Positions 1 through 8,718 of a stretch of 64,000 bases of DNA are shown piece by piece. Position numbers and translations under genes: made by a program. How positions within the stretch are numbered: the stretch's first letter is position 1; every line of letters begins with the position of its first letter. Origin of the DNA: an uncultured Prevotellaceae bacterium (GTDB taxonomy: Bacteria; Bacteroidota; Bacteroidia; Bacteroidales; Bacteroidaceae); the NCBI GenBank assembly GCA_947305005.1, contig CAMZCM010000016.1, positions 913-64,912 on the forward strand, in the 5' to 3' direction. The notes beneath the pieces are model-generated. The model had not been told where the DNA came from, did no database searches, and was given only the letters and a program-made list of their open reading frames with translations.

Positions 1-810
1 GACAATTCTGGGTCTATGTCTCAGGAAGCTAATGCCCTTGCTGCTCAAGTACTCACATGGTCGCAGAAATTGGCTCAGGTAGTGGATTGTAAATTTGGTT
101 GTGTAGGTTATGGCGATAACAGCTATGGCATAGATGGCGGTATGGATATGGCGGATATTGACGTACTGTATGCTTTCCTGAATAATAGGGGAAAAACCGG
201 CACGGGTCGAACAAAGGGCTTCTATGGCGAAAATGCTGAAAAATTACAAAGCCTATGTCTGTCTAGTTCTAACGGATATTGTAATGGGTCTTATTGTGAA
301 TGTGGTGGCATAGCACTACATTTTGCGGACGAGCAATTCTCTTTCCGTAGTGGCGCTAATCGAATATATATTAACTTTACAGATGAACCGAACCAGCCTA
401 ATAACTATAAACAATGGTCTGTTGAAACATTAAATGAAAAAAGCGAATTGTATAGCTGGAATTCTTCGAAAGGTACCGTACATTCGGTCTATAGTGGGAC
501 AGACGTAGCGTCTTATGAGGAAGGGGGAACTAATTATAATCATAATAAAACATCTCCTTATACAATATATGAAAAACCATGGGCTATGTCAGAATACACT
601 GGTGGTATTACGCTGAAAACGAATCCCAGTTTCACTAACTTCAAAATGGATGATTTAGAAGTGACGGCAGCTATTGTCAGTACGTATGTTTTGCGTTTCA
701 ATATTACTGATGACTTGCGTGATGGCGCTCATACCATTGTTATCGTTGTTAAGGATAAAAATGGAAGTGAAGCGATTAAGACCTTCGAGAATGTTGTCTT
801 TGCTCTGTAA
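1..810 (+). CDS. von Willebrand factor A (vWA) domain protein, 5'-truncated by the window edge
   Basis: The frame is open from base 1. The first codons read DNSGSM, a MIDAS DxSxS motif, so the ATG at 16 is internal. A later FTDE and a beta-rich C-terminal domain follow, with the stop at 808-810. Confidence 0.7.
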   Translation, partial: DNSGSMSQEANALAAQVLTWSQKLAQVVDCKFGCVGYGDNSYGIDGGMDMADIDVLYAFLNNRGKTGTGRTKGFYGENAEKLQSLCLSSSNGYCNGSYCECGGIALHFADEQFSFRSGANRIYINFTDEPNQPNNYKQWSVETLNEKSELYSWNSSKGTVHSVYSGTDVASYEEGGTNYNHNKTSPYTIYEKPWAMSEYTGGITLKTNPSFTNFKMDDLEVTAAIVSTYVLRFNITDDLRDGAHTIVIVVKDKNGSEAIKTFENVVFAL

Positions 811-840
811 ATAAGCCTATTTGATTTTGTTTTCAGGCAT

Positions 841-872
841 CCCTCCTCACTTATTTGTGTGGAGGGGTGTCC
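841..872 (+). terminator. putative stem-loop terminator after the vWA gene
   Basis: ccctcc(t)cac / gtggaggg stem with one bulge and a 7-nt loop. The following T-tract is only weak. Confidence 0.4.
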
Positions 873-963
873 ATCTTTAAAATATACCAAAACCATACTT
901 TATGTTGTTTGTGTAAAAATGCGATAACAGAACTATAAAGAAAGTCTTAATCTTTCTAAAAGG

Positions 964-995
964 TTTGTTCCCTAAGGAACAATGTAGTATCTTTG
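964..995 (+). promoter_or_regulatory. Bacteroides-type promoter (-33 TTTG, -7 TAtcTTTG) for ftsY
   Basis: TTTG at 964-967 and TATCTTTG at 988-995 are 20 nt apart, about 22 nt upstream of the ATG at 1017. Confidence 0.6.
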
Positions 996-1016
996 CAGCC
1001 GCTAAAACGAAAAGTA

Positions 1017-1976
1017 ATGGGATTTTTCAAATTATTCTCTCGGAACAAAGAAGCACAGAAGGAGACTTTGGACAAAGGTCTTGAAAAAACCAAAGAAAGT
1101 TTTTTCGGGAAACTGACGCGTGCAGTAGCAGGTAAGAGCAAAGTCGATGATGATGTGCTGGATGATCTGGAGGAAGTGCTGGTGACTTCTGATGTGGGTG
1201 TAGATACAACGCTAAATATCATCAAGCGCATTGAAGAACGTGTAGCACGCGATAAATATGTTGATACGAGTGAGCTCAACGGCATCTTGCGCGAAGAAAT
1301 CGCTGCGCTACTGACAGATAATAATACCTCCGACACAGAAGGCTTTCAAATTCCAGAAGGCAAGAAACCATACGTTATCATGGTCGTCGGCGTCAATGGA
1401 GTTGGTAAGACTACAACTATCGGTAAGCTTGCTTGGCAGTTCAAGCAAGCTGGACTGAAAGTGATGTTGGGCGCTGCTGATACGTTCCGTGCTGCCGCCG
1501 TAGAACAGATTGTTATCTGGGGTGAGCGTGTAGGTGTTCCTGTAGTGAAACAGCAGATGGGCAGCGATCCTGCTAGCGTGGCTTTTGATACTCTTTCAAG
1601 TGCTGTAGCTAACGATGTAGATGTTGTGCTCATTGATACTGCAGGACGTCTGCATAACAAGAAAGGTCTGATGGATGAGCTCTCGAAAATCAAGCGCGTG
1701 ATGCAAAAAGTAGTGCCCGATGCACCACACGATGTGATGCTCGTGCTTGACGGATCCACGGGTCAGAATGCCTTTGAACAAGCCAAACAGTTTACTGCCG
1801 CTACAGATGTTACTTCAATGACCATCACTAAGTTGGATGGCACAGCGAAGGGTGGGGTGGTACTTGGTATCTCGGATCAATTCAAGATACCTGTTCGTTA
1901 TATTGGACTCGGCGAAGGTATGGAAGACCTGCAGCCTTTCAATAGAAAAGAGTTCGTCAACTCTTTGTTCGGTTAA
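1017..1976 (+). CDS. ftsY: signal recognition particle receptor FtsY
   Basis: SRP-GTPase motifs GVNGVGKTTTIGKLA, DTAGR and TKLDGTAKGG. The ORF-track TTG start at 993 lies inside the -7 box, so the first ATG (MGFFKLF) is preferred. Confidence 0.95.
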   Translation: MGFFKLFSRNKEAQKETLDKGLEKTKESFFGKLTRAVAGKSKVDDDVLDDLEEVLVTSDVGVDTTLNIIKRIEERVARDKYVDTSELNGILREEIAALLTDNNTSDTEGFQIPEGKKPYVIMVVGVNGVGKTTTIGKLAWQFKQAGLKVMLGAADTFRAAAVEQIVIWGERVGVPVVKQQMGSDPASVAFDTLSSAVANDVDVVLIDTAGRLHNKKGLMDELSKIKRVMQKVVPDAPHDVMLVLDGSTGQNAFEQAKQFTAATDVTSMTITKLDGTAKGGVVLGISDQFKIPVRYIGLGEGMEDLQPFNRKEFVNSLFG

Positions 1977-2002
1977 TCCGCAACAACGCTCAACAAATAA
2001 AG

Positions 2003-3304
2003 ATGAACAAAATAGATATCCTTACACTTGGTTGCTCTAAGAATTTGGTTGATAGCGAACGCCTAATGGCGCAGTTGCGTCATGCTGGTTATACTGTCAC
2101 CCACGATCCAGAGGAGACAAAAGGGGATATCTGTGTAGTAAATACCTGTGGCTTCATTGGTGATGCCAAAGAAGAGAGTGTCAGCGTGATTCTCGAGCAG
2201 GGACAGCGGAAAGCCAAAGGAGAGTTGAAGAAGCTCTACGTGATGGGGTGTCTTTCACAACGTTATCTGACGGAGTTACAGACCGAGATTCCAGAAGTAG
2301 ATGGCTGGTATGGTAAGTTTGACTGGACACGTCTGATAGAAGATCTCGGCAAGACGTGGGACAATACTTTAAAGCCAAGCCGCACAATCACGACACCTTC
2401 ACATTACGCCTATATCAAGATTTCCGAAGGTTGTAACCGCCATTGCTCCTACTGTGCTATCCCCATTATAACAGGCGCTCATATAAGTCGTCCTATGGAT
2501 GAAATATTGGATGAAGTGCGACAGTTAGTAGCCGTGGGCGTTAAGGAATTCAATGTCATAGCTCAAGAACTGACGTTCTATGGCGTGGACCTCTATCATC
2601 GTCGTGCTATAGCCGAACTCATAGACCGTATGGCAGATGTTGACGGTGTGGAGTGGATTCGTCTTCATTACGCTTATCCTACAGATTTCCCATGGGAATT
2701 GTTAGAGGTCATTAACCGTCATCCAAATATTTGCCGCTATCTGGATATCGCCCTTCAACATATCGCTGATCCAGTGCTTGATGCAATGCGTCGTCACATC
2801 ACGAAAGAAGAGACCTATGCTTTTGTGGAAAGAATCCGTCGTGAAGTGCCTGGAATTCATCTGCGTACAACGTTAATGGTCGGACATCCTGGTGAAACAG
2901 AAGAAGCTTTTGAGGAACTTCTTGCTTTCACGCGTTGGGCTCGTTTTGAGCGCATGGGCGCTTTTTCCTACAGTGAAGAGGAGGGAACCTATAGTGCCGA
3001 AGCCTATACAGACGATATCTCAGAAGAAGTGAAACAGACACGTTTATCACGTCTTATGCGCTTGCAACAGCGCATCTCAGGAGAAATACAGGAAGCAAAG
3101 GTCGGAACTATTCAGCGTGTCATTATTGACCGCATAGAAGGTGACTATTATGTCGGTCGTACACAATATGATTCTCCTGAGGTGGATCCTGAAGTACTCA
3201 TTGACGCTCGTGAAAACATATTAACAATAGGACAGTTTTATCAGATACATATTGACAGTGCTGACGACTTTGATCTCTATGGAACAATAGCTAACAACGA
3301 ATAA
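2003..3304 (+). CDS. rimO: ribosomal protein S12 methylthiotransferase RimO
   Basis: MTTase N-domain (ILTLGCSKNLVDSE), radical-SAM CNRHCSYCAIP, C-terminal TRAM-like region, about 430 aa. Confidence 0.92.
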   Translation: MNKIDILTLGCSKNLVDSERLMAQLRHAGYTVTHDPEETKGDICVVNTCGFIGDAKEESVSVILEQGQRKAKGELKKLYVMGCLSQRYLTELQTEIPEVDGWYGKFDWTRLIEDLGKTWDNTLKPSRTITTPSHYAYIKISEGCNRHCSYCAIPIITGAHISRPMDEILDEVRQLVAVGVKEFNVIAQELTFYGVDLYHRRAIAELIDRMADVDGVEWIRLHYAYPTDFPWELLEVINRHPNICRYLDIALQHIADPVLDAMRRHITKEETYAFVERIRREVPGIHLRTTLMVGHPGETEEAFEELLAFTRWARFERMGAFSYSEEEGTYSAEAYTDDISEEVKQTRLSRLMRLQQRISGEIQEAKVGTIQRVIIDRIEGDYYVGRTQYDSPEVDPEVLIDARENILTIGQFYQIHIDSADDFDLYGTIANNE

Positions 3305-3314
3305 TCATTCTGAT

Positions 3315-3602
3315 ATGAATAATAAAGAATTTATTACAGCCCTTTCACAAAAAGAAAGCCTCTCGCAACGAGATGCACAGATGCTTGTGAACCATCTTGT
3401 GGCTGAATTAGCTTCGCTGTTTGAGAACGGCAATCTCTTGGCTGTTCAGAATTTTGGGCAGTTTGAAGTGAAGAAGAAAATGGAGCGCGTCGTTAACAAT
3501 CCGTCAACAGGACAACGGATGCTGGTGCCACCTAAGCTTGTCTTGAACTTCAAATCGTCACCAAACTTGAAAGAACGGATACAGAAAGGAGGTGAGGTAT
3601 AA
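3315..3602 (+). CDS. HU/IHF family DNA-binding protein
   Basis: 95 aa with the HU fold pattern (FGQFEVKKKMERVVNNPSTGQRMLVPPKLVLNFK). Confidence 0.85.
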   Translation: MNNKEFITALSQKESLSQRDAQMLVNHLVAELASLFENGNLLAVQNFGQFEVKKKMERVVNNPSTGQRMLVPPKLVLNFKSSPNLKERIQKGGEV

Positions 3603-4708
3603 TGGAACAGAAACTGACACTTGCTGATTTGGCATCTGGACTTTCTCGTCGCGCCAGTGTGCCCCTTCGTTATTCTGAGGATTTCGTTCGTTCATTCTTC
3701 AATGTGATAGAAGATGGGCTGATGCATGATAATATCGTAAAGGTAAAAGGCTTTGGCACTTTCAAACTCGTGGGCGTAGATGCACGCGAGAGCATTAATG
3801 TGAATACAGGTGAGCGTATAGAGATAGCAGGTCATACGAAAGTCAGTTTTATACCGGATCCTGCTATACGCGATACTGTTAACAAACCCTTCTTGGAATT
3901 TGAGACTGTCATTCTGAATGAAGGAACAGACACTGCAATCATGGAGGCTATGGACGTAGAATCCGAAATAGCAGAAGTGACAGATCTTACAGATGTCCCT
4001 GTTGCTCAACCTATGGAAACGCCTGAGGAAGAAACTGTAGATGAAGATACTTCTGTTGAAGAGAAAGAACAGGTAAAAAAACAAGAAGAGACAATAGAAA
4101 TTGTTAAAGAAGAAGTACCGACGGAGGTAGTAAATGAACCGATGGAACAGGTCGAGAAAAAGCCTATTGAAAAAGAAATGAAAAGCCAGAGTGCAGAAGC
4201 AGAGATCACGCAGCCTGCTGTTTGCAAGAAATGTACTTGCTGCCACTGCTGGTCTCATTTCTTCTTGTTCTTGTTGACTGCTGCTGTCTTTACTGTTATA
4301 GGTTATATATTGGCCGAATATTGGCATCCTGTAACTCTGCCCAAATTATGTTCGGAAAACACCGAGGAAAAAGCATCAGTTGCCACAAAAACGCTAACAG
4401 ATAACATTCCTGCAAAAGTCGTTACTCCCGCTGATTCTGTGACTGCAGTTTCGTCAGGAAAAGAGAAACATGTGAAGCAGCCTTCGGAAACCTTAGCTTA
4501 TCCTCAGGTGGAAGATGGCGAATATTGGATTGTCGGCATAGAGGGTACAGAGATCATGAAGCCTGGCTGCACACTCCTTAACTTCTCTATAAAATACTAT
4601 AAGAGCAAGGATTTCGTCAACTATATATGCACGATGAACGATATCAAGAACCCTGACATCGTTTCCTTGAATAAAGAATTGAGAATACCTAAATTAAAAA
4701 AGAAATAA
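3602..4708 (+). CDS. HU-domain protein with acidic linker, Cys cluster, one TM helix and a LysM-like C-terminus
   Basis: N-terminal HU fold (VKGFGTFKLVGVDARESINVNTGERIEIAGHTKVSF), an E-rich linker, CKKCTCCHC, the hydrophobic helix FFLFLLTAAVFTVIGYILAEYW, and a LysM-like tail. The start overlaps the upstream stop (TAATG). Confidence 0.75.
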   Translation: MEQKLTLADLASGLSRRASVPLRYSEDFVRSFFNVIEDGLMHDNIVKVKGFGTFKLVGVDARESINVNTGERIEIAGHTKVSFIPDPAIRDTVNKPFLEFETVILNEGTDTAIMEAMDVESEIAEVTDLTDVPVAQPMETPEEETVDEDTSVEEKEQVKKQEETIEIVKEEVPTEVVNEPMEQVEKKPIEKEMKSQSAEAEITQPAVCKKCTCCHCWSHFFLFLLTAAVFTVIGYILAEYWHPVTLPKLCSENTEEKASVATKTLTDNIPAKVVTPADSVTAVSSGKEKHVKQPSETLAYPQVEDGEYWIVGIEGTEIMKPGCTLLNFSIKYYKSKDFVNYICTMNDIKNPDIVSLNKELRIPKLKKK

Positions 4709-4712
4709 GAAA

Positions 4713-5708
4713 ATGGCAGAATCCATTGACATCCGCGCATTGAATGACCTCATTGAGCGTCAGAGCGCTTTCGTCACCAATCTGATGACAGGCATGGACC
4801 AGACGATTGTCGGTCAGCGCCATCTTGTTGAATCCCTCCTTATCGGCCTCCTTTCTGATGGCCACGTCTTACTGGAAGGTGTTCCTGGTTTGGCCAAGAC
4901 ACTCGCCATCAAAACATTGGCACAGCTTATTGATGCCAAGTTTAGTCGTATCCAGTTTACTCCTGACCTGTTGCCGGCTGACGTTACTGGTACGATGATC
5001 TATTCACAGAAAGACGAGAAGTTCATGGTGGAACAAGGACCTGTTTTTGCAAACTTCGTCCTTGCTGATGAAATTAACCGTGCACCTGCTAAGGTGCAGA
5101 GTGCATTGCTCGAAGCTATGCAGGAGCGCGAAGTAACCATTGGCAAACAGACTTTCCAACTGCCTTCTCCTTTCCTCGTACTGGCTACTCAAAACCCCAT
5201 TGAGCAGGAAGGAACATACCCCTTGCCTGAAGCTCAAGTGGATCGTTTCATGTTGAAGGTGGTTATTGATTATCCGAAACTCGACGAAGAGAAGAAGATT
5301 ATCCGTCAGAACATCACTGGTGAGAAGCAGGCTGTGAAGCCTGTGCTCTCTACCAAAGAGATTATCGAAGCTCGTGGTGTTGTACGTCAGGTTTATCTTG
5401 ATGAGAAGATTGAGCAGTATATTGCTGACATTGTCTTTGCAACTCGTTATCCTGAGAAGTACGACCTGAAGGAAATCAAGGATTATATTGAGTTTGGTGG
5501 CTCTCCTCGTGCCAGCATCAATCTGGCTTTGGCTGCCCGTGCTTACGCTTTCATCAAGCGTCGTGGTTATGTCATTCCTGAAGATGTGCGCGCTGTGGCT
5601 CATGACGTTTTGCGTCACCGTATCGGCCTCACCTACGAAGCTGAAGCAAATAACGTAACCAGCGAAGAAATCATTTCTAAGATTCTCAACAAGGTTGAAG
5701 TGCCCTAA
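4713..5708 (+). CDS. MoxR-family AAA+ ATPase
   Basis: AAA_3 pattern: GVPGLAKT Walker A and LADEINRAPAKVQSALLEAMQE Walker B/sensor. It is the first gene of the Bat-type operon. Confidence 0.92.
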   Translation: MAESIDIRALNDLIERQSAFVTNLMTGMDQTIVGQRHLVESLLIGLLSDGHVLLEGVPGLAKTLAIKTLAQLIDAKFSRIQFTPDLLPADVTGTMIYSQKDEKFMVEQGPVFANFVLADEINRAPAKVQSALLEAMQEREVTIGKQTFQLPSPFLVLATQNPIEQEGTYPLPEAQVDRFMLKVVIDYPKLDEEKKIIRQNITGEKQAVKPVLSTKEIIEARGVVRQVYLDEKIEQYIADIVFATRYPEKYDLKEIKDYIEFGGSPRASINLALAARAYAFIKRRGYVIPEDVRAVAHDVLRHRIGLTYEAEANNVTSEEIISKILNKVEVP

Positions 5709-5711
5709 CAG

Positions 5712-6581
5712 ATGGAAACTTCTGAGATATTAAAACGCGTCCGTCAAATCGAGATCAAGACCCGAGGTCTCTCCAACAACATCTTTGCTGGTGAGTACCA
5801 TTCGGCGTTCAAAGGTCGTGGTATGGCTTTCAGTGAGGTGCGTGAATATCAGTATGGAGATGACATCCGTGACATCGAGTGGAACGTAACTGCGCGCTTC
5901 AACAAACCTTATATTAAGGTCTTTGAGGAAGAGCGTGAACTCACCGTGATGTTGCTGGTTGATGTCAGCGGCAGTTTGGATTTCGGTAGCACGGTTCAAA
6001 CCAAGCGTGATATGGTAACTGAGATAGCTGCCACGCTGGCTTTCAGTGCGATACAGAACAACGATAAGATTGGTGTCATCTTCTTCTCCGACCGTATAGA
6101 GAAGTTTATTCCTCCCAAGAAAGGTCGTAAGCATATTCTGTATATCATCCGCGAGCTCTTGGATTTTCATCCGGAGAGCCAACGGACAGATATCCAGCAA
6201 GCGGTGGAGTATCTGACACAGGTCATCAAGCGTCGTTGCACGTGTTTCCTGCTCAGTGACTTCATTGATGAGCGTGATTTCCGTCAACCTCTCACGATTG
6301 CGAACCGCAAGCATGATGTCGTAGCCATACAGGTCTATGACCGTCGTATTGCAGAGTTGCCGAATGTGGGTCTGATGCGTGTGAAAGATGCAGAGACGGG
6401 CCATCTCCAGTGGATAGACACCTCTAGCAGTAGTGTTCGTAAGGCGCATAGTCAATGGTGGAGACACCATACAGAGCAGCTCTCGGACATTTTCACGCGT
6501 AGTAACGTTGATTATGTCAGCGTTCGCACCGATCAAGATTATGTTACGGCTCTTCGTAGCCTCTTTGCACAGAGAACATGA
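5712..6581 (+). CDS. DUF58 domain protein (vWA-like, MoxR partner)
   Basis: YQYGDDIRDIEWNVTAR signature and an LLVDVSGS core. It is 3 nt downstream of moxR. Confidence 0.88.
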   Translation: METSEILKRVRQIEIKTRGLSNNIFAGEYHSAFKGRGMAFSEVREYQYGDDIRDIEWNVTARFNKPYIKVFEEERELTVMLLVDVSGSLDFGSTVQTKRDMVTEIAATLAFSAIQNNDKIGVIFFSDRIEKFIPPKKGRKHILYIIRELLDFHPESQRTDIQQAVEYLTQVIKRRCTCFLLSDFIDERDFRQPLTIANRKHDVVAIQVYDRRIAELPNVGLMRVKDAETGHLQWIDTSSSSVRKAHSQWWRHHTEQLSDIFTRSNVDYVSVRTDQDYVTALRSLFAQRT

Positions 6582-7657
6582 AACAGTTCAAAACATTTCT
6601 GATATTGCTAACAGCTTGGATGCCGCTGATGGGTTGGTCACAAGTTGTCTTCGAGGCACGCATTGACACGTTGGTGCTGATCATCGGAGAACAACGCGAA
6701 CTGACACTTGACGTCACCTGCGGAGCCAAACAGAAAATCAAAATGCCCGATTTCCGTCCTCAGCAACCTATTACTGAAGAGGTGGAAGTGGTGGAACTTC
6801 TGGGTACTGATACCACCTTACTTGACGAAGGTAAGCGTATGCAGGTTGTGCAGCGTTACACCATCACAGCCTGGGATTCTGCTTTTGTACTTCTGCCCCC
6901 GTTCTCAGTTAAAGTAGATGGTAAAGATTACCTGTCTAAACAATTGGCACTAAAAGTATTGACAGTACCTGTTGATACTGTTCATGTGGATCAGTTCTTC
7001 CCACATAAGGACATTCAGGACAATCCTTTCTCGTGGGATGATTGGAAGCCCGTTATAGGTTTTGTCATCCTGAGTCTGATTGTAATGGCGGTTCTTTTCT
7101 GGCTCTTTAAGCACTGGCGTGAGAATAAACCGCTGATTCAGATTATCCGCCGTAAGCGCAAACTACCTGCACATCAGGTAGCGATGAACGAGATAGAGCG
7201 AATCAAGGGCGAACGTAAGTGGGCTGAAGAAGACAGTAAGGAATACTATACCTTGCTCACGGATATCCTTCGTAATTACATTCGCGAACGTTACGACTTC
7301 AATGCAATGGAAATGACCTCGACAGAGATCATCGAACGTTTGTTGCAGGAACAGGATGAGACATCACTGTCAGAGCTTCGTCAACTCTTCCAGACTGCTG
7401 ATCTCGTCAAGTTTGCGAAGTGGACGACAATGATCAACGAGAATGATGCCAATCTGGTCAACGCAATTGATTTTATCAATCAGACCAAGATAGAAGTAGA
7501 TCCGAATGCACCGGAGGAAGAGATTATTGTTCCTGAAGAAGTGAAACAGATCAAGGCACGTTCAATGACGATGAAGATCATCATGTCGCTTCTTGCCACG
7601 ATAGCTTTCTGTGCTCTTGCTTATGCGATCTATATTGCCATTGACATAATTCGTTAA
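6578..7657 (+). CDS. membrane protein, DUF4381-like (Bat operon)
   Basis: Signal peptide, a central TM helix (VIGFVILSLIVMAVLFWLF) and a C-terminal TM helix. ATGA overlap with DUF58. The position matches the unnamed ORF upstream of batA in Bacteroides. Confidence 0.7.
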   Translation: MKQFKTFLILLTAWMPLMGWSQVVFEARIDTLVLIIGEQRELTLDVTCGAKQKIKMPDFRPQQPITEEVEVVELLGTDTTLLDEGKRMQVVQRYTITAWDSAFVLLPPFSVKVDGKDYLSKQLALKVLTVPVDTVHVDQFFPHKDIQDNPFSWDDWKPVIGFVILSLIVMAVLFWLFKHWRENKPLIQIIRRKRKLPAHQVAMNEIERIKGERKWAEEDSKEYYTLLTDILRNYIRERYDFNAMEMTSTEIIERLLQEQDETSLSELRQLFQTADLVKFAKWTTMINENDANLVNAIDFINQTKIEVDPNAPEEEIIVPEEVKQIKARSMTMKIIMSLLATIAFCALAYAIYIAIDIIR

Positions 7658-7660
7658 ACT

Positions 7661-8659
7661 ATGCAATTAGCTAATCCATATTTCCTCCTGTTGCTGTTGT
7701 TGCTTGTACCGTATATTTTATGGTACGTGTTTCGCAGCCACACGAGTGAGCCTACGTTACAAGTCTCATCCACATTGTCGTTCCGCCAGGCACCTCGCAC
7801 ATGGACGCTGTATTTGATACATGCTCCATTCCTGCTTCGTTGTCTCGCTTTCGTGATGATTGTCTTGGTGTTGTGTCGCCCGCAGACCAGTAATTCATGG
7901 AGTGATCGCACCATCGAAGGCATTGATATCATGCTCTGTGTGGATATTTCCACTTCCATGCTTGCTGAGGACTTACGTCCGAACCGTATTGAGGCAGCCA
8001 AGAAGGTGGCTTCTGAGTTTATTTCCGGACGCCCGAATGACAACATCGGACTGACCATCTTTGCCGGAGAGTCGTTCACGCAATGTCCTATGACCACTGA
8101 CCATGCAGTGTTGCTCAACCTGTTCAAGAATGTGAGTTGTGATATGGTTCAGCGTGGCATGATGAGCGATGGTACCGCTATCGGTATGGGGTTGGCGAAT
8201 GCCATCACACGTCTGAAAGACTCCAAAGCAAAATCCAAGGTAATCATTCTGCTCACCGACGGTTCCAATAATGCTGGTGACATTTCACCGCTCACAGCCG
8301 CTGAGATTGCCAAGAGCTTCGGTATTCGCGTCTATACTATTGGTGTCGGTACCAATGGAACGGCTCGTTATCCCTATCCAGTTGGTGGTCATATTGAGTA
8401 CATCAATATCCCTGTTGAAATAGACACGAAGACCCTGGCATCCATTGCCGGCACCACCAATGGCGAGTTCTATCGTGCCACGAATAATAACAAGCTACGC
8501 GAAGTATATCAGGAGATTGATAAATTGGAAAAGACCAAGATGAATGTGAAACAGTACAGCAAACGTTACGAGGCATTCTTCCCTTTTGCTGCTATTGCTT
8601 GTCTGTTGCTGCTCATCGAGCTCCTGCTTCGAGAGACTATACTCAAGAAAATACCATAA
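7661..8659 (+). CDS. batA: vWA-domain aerotolerance protein BatA
   Basis: Two N-terminal TM helices, vWA with MIDAS DISTSM, LLTDGSNNAG, and a C-terminal TM helix. Confidence 0.88.
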   Translation: MQLANPYFLLLLLLLVPYILWYVFRSHTSEPTLQVSSTLSFRQAPRTWTLYLIHAPFLLRCLAFVMIVLVLCRPQTSNSWSDRTIEGIDIMLCVDISTSMLAEDLRPNRIEAAKKVASEFISGRPNDNIGLTIFAGESFTQCPMTTDHAVLLNLFKNVSCDMVQRGMMSDGTAIGMGLANAITRLKDSKAKSKVIILLTDGSNNAGDISPLTAAEIAKSFGIRVYTIGVGTNGTARYPYPVGGHIEYINIPVEIDTKTLASIAGTTNGEFYRATNNNKLREVYQEIDKLEKTKMNVKQYSKRYEAFFPFAAIACLLLLIELLLRETILKKIP

Positions 8660-8718
8660 TCGCTTAGCGCTTAGAGGATATTGAAATTGTAAATCGTTAA
8701 ATTGTAAATCTCTTAGCC

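Noticed and set aside
993-1016. N-terminal extensions proposed by the ORF track. Cases: ftsY 993, rho 16003, DUF1080 gene 22549, oxidoreductase 23843, small ORF 24045, TPR paralog 40444, rplT 61094, rpmI 61506.
   Set aside because: The extensions run into promoter boxes or neighbouring genes, or precede obvious signal peptides or canonical N-termini. Internal ATGs give the family-typical starts.
5730-6536. 268-aa minus-strand ORF antisense to the DUF58 gene. Similar long shadow ORFs occur at 3692-4327, 20192-20833, 22986-23789, 25366-26109, 39689-40384, 51086-51664, 56607-57515 and 62984-63904.
   Set aside because: Each lies entirely inside a confidently identified gene on the other strand. 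None has a recognisable motif, and their compositions are odd. They are typical antisense shadow frames.
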